In this document: positions 63,126 through 64,000 of the stretch, in pieces
How the letters are laid out: each line of letters opens with the position of its first letter
Position numbering within the stretch: the stretch's first letter is position 1
Assembly (NCBI GenBank): GCA_039621445.1
Contig: CP154954.1
Span: 48,587,847-48,651,846, forward strand
Reading direction: 5' to 3'
Length of the DNA stretch: 64,000 bases
From: Euglena gracilis
Lineage: Eukaryota
Notes under the pieces: generated by a model
The model's input: only the letters and a program-made list of their open reading frames with translations
What the model was told of the DNA's origin: nothing
Databases searched by the model: none
Program-made: the position numbers and the translations under genes

Positions 63126-64000
63126 AGAGCGATCTGTCAGGGACAGGATTTCGGTTTTTTTTCCCTGCCCCTCAAGGACCGCCATTTTTTGACTGCTATT
63201 TGGCCAAAAGGCGGGCTGAGACCGCTATGAGGCTGGAATCGGTCCCGAAATTCAGAAGGAAAAATTTCCACTTTAGCCACTCAGGCCGAATGGCTGGACA
63301 TCAAAACTGGCCAATTCTTCAAAATTTTTCTGTCAGAGCATCTGAAAATTTGCCCATCTGACAGGAAATCCACAATATTTCGGTGAAGCACAAGAGAGAA
63401 AAACCAGTAAATAAATCCAATGTTTTTGGACCATCCCCCATCCTCCCAAAACATGAAAGGGAAAACCCCCTGGTAGGCGTCTGAAAAGTGATTGAGTTTC
63501 TTTGAAAGTTGAAAATGACCTCCCCTGGAGGTCGGCAAGCAAATGGTCCAGTGTTCTTCCTGGCCAAGAAAGCATTGCTGCTGGTGGCACCTAAACACCC
63601 TTGCAGAACAGCCGTGCAGACCCACTGTGATTGTGGCTGGAGTCTGCCTTTCGACTTGCATTATGTTTTGTGCAAGCCAGCAGGCTATAACAAGCACAAA
63701 CACATCAGACAACATGCATGATTCAACACAGAACTATTTTGCATACATTATTTGATACCTTCGTAACCTGTTGGCTGCACATATCCCATATTATACAAAC
63801 CAGTACAGAATCCAGATCTCTTGGATAAAGCCACACATGCAACCATTCAAGGAGCTTTGAGGCGACCACCTTCCTTCGGCTGTGGAGGCACGGTTGGGGG
63901 GGGGTACAGTTGGAAACATCCGTGTGCAATAGGAATGGTGCATGCACTCTTTCCCAGAACCTTTTCTCTAAGTACTGTGAAATATACAATAATGATGAAG

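Overview
Eukaryotic genomic DNA, most likely from a euglenid (Euglena-like); this is inferred from the intron type, not from a search. About 51 kb (~3.76-54.68 kb, + strand) is one highly fragmented gene of roughly 70 exons encoding an inositol 1,4,5-trisphosphate receptor (ITPR)-family Ca2+ release channel. It has the N-terminal beta-trefoils, RIH domains, RIH-associated domain, S1-S6 pore region and C2H2 zinc finger. A spliced CCCH zinc-finger gene follows (~56.35-59.67 kb, +). Most introns I could map are not GT-AG. They have a fixed geometry: 3 unpaired nt, a terminal stem usually CAG.../...CTG, then 5 unpaired nt. The window also holds free MITEs with CA-starting TIRs and 8-bp target-site duplications, and three homologous introns in two genes that are themselves complete TIR elements. 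Together these suggest an introner-like system in which hAT-type MITEs become precisely removed introns (3+5 nt = one 8-bp TSD copy). A 2.6-kb TIR element with a 5-bp TSD sits at 66-2657. Exon boundaries were mapped by eye from frame continuity and remembered ITPR similarity; those marked ~ are approximate.
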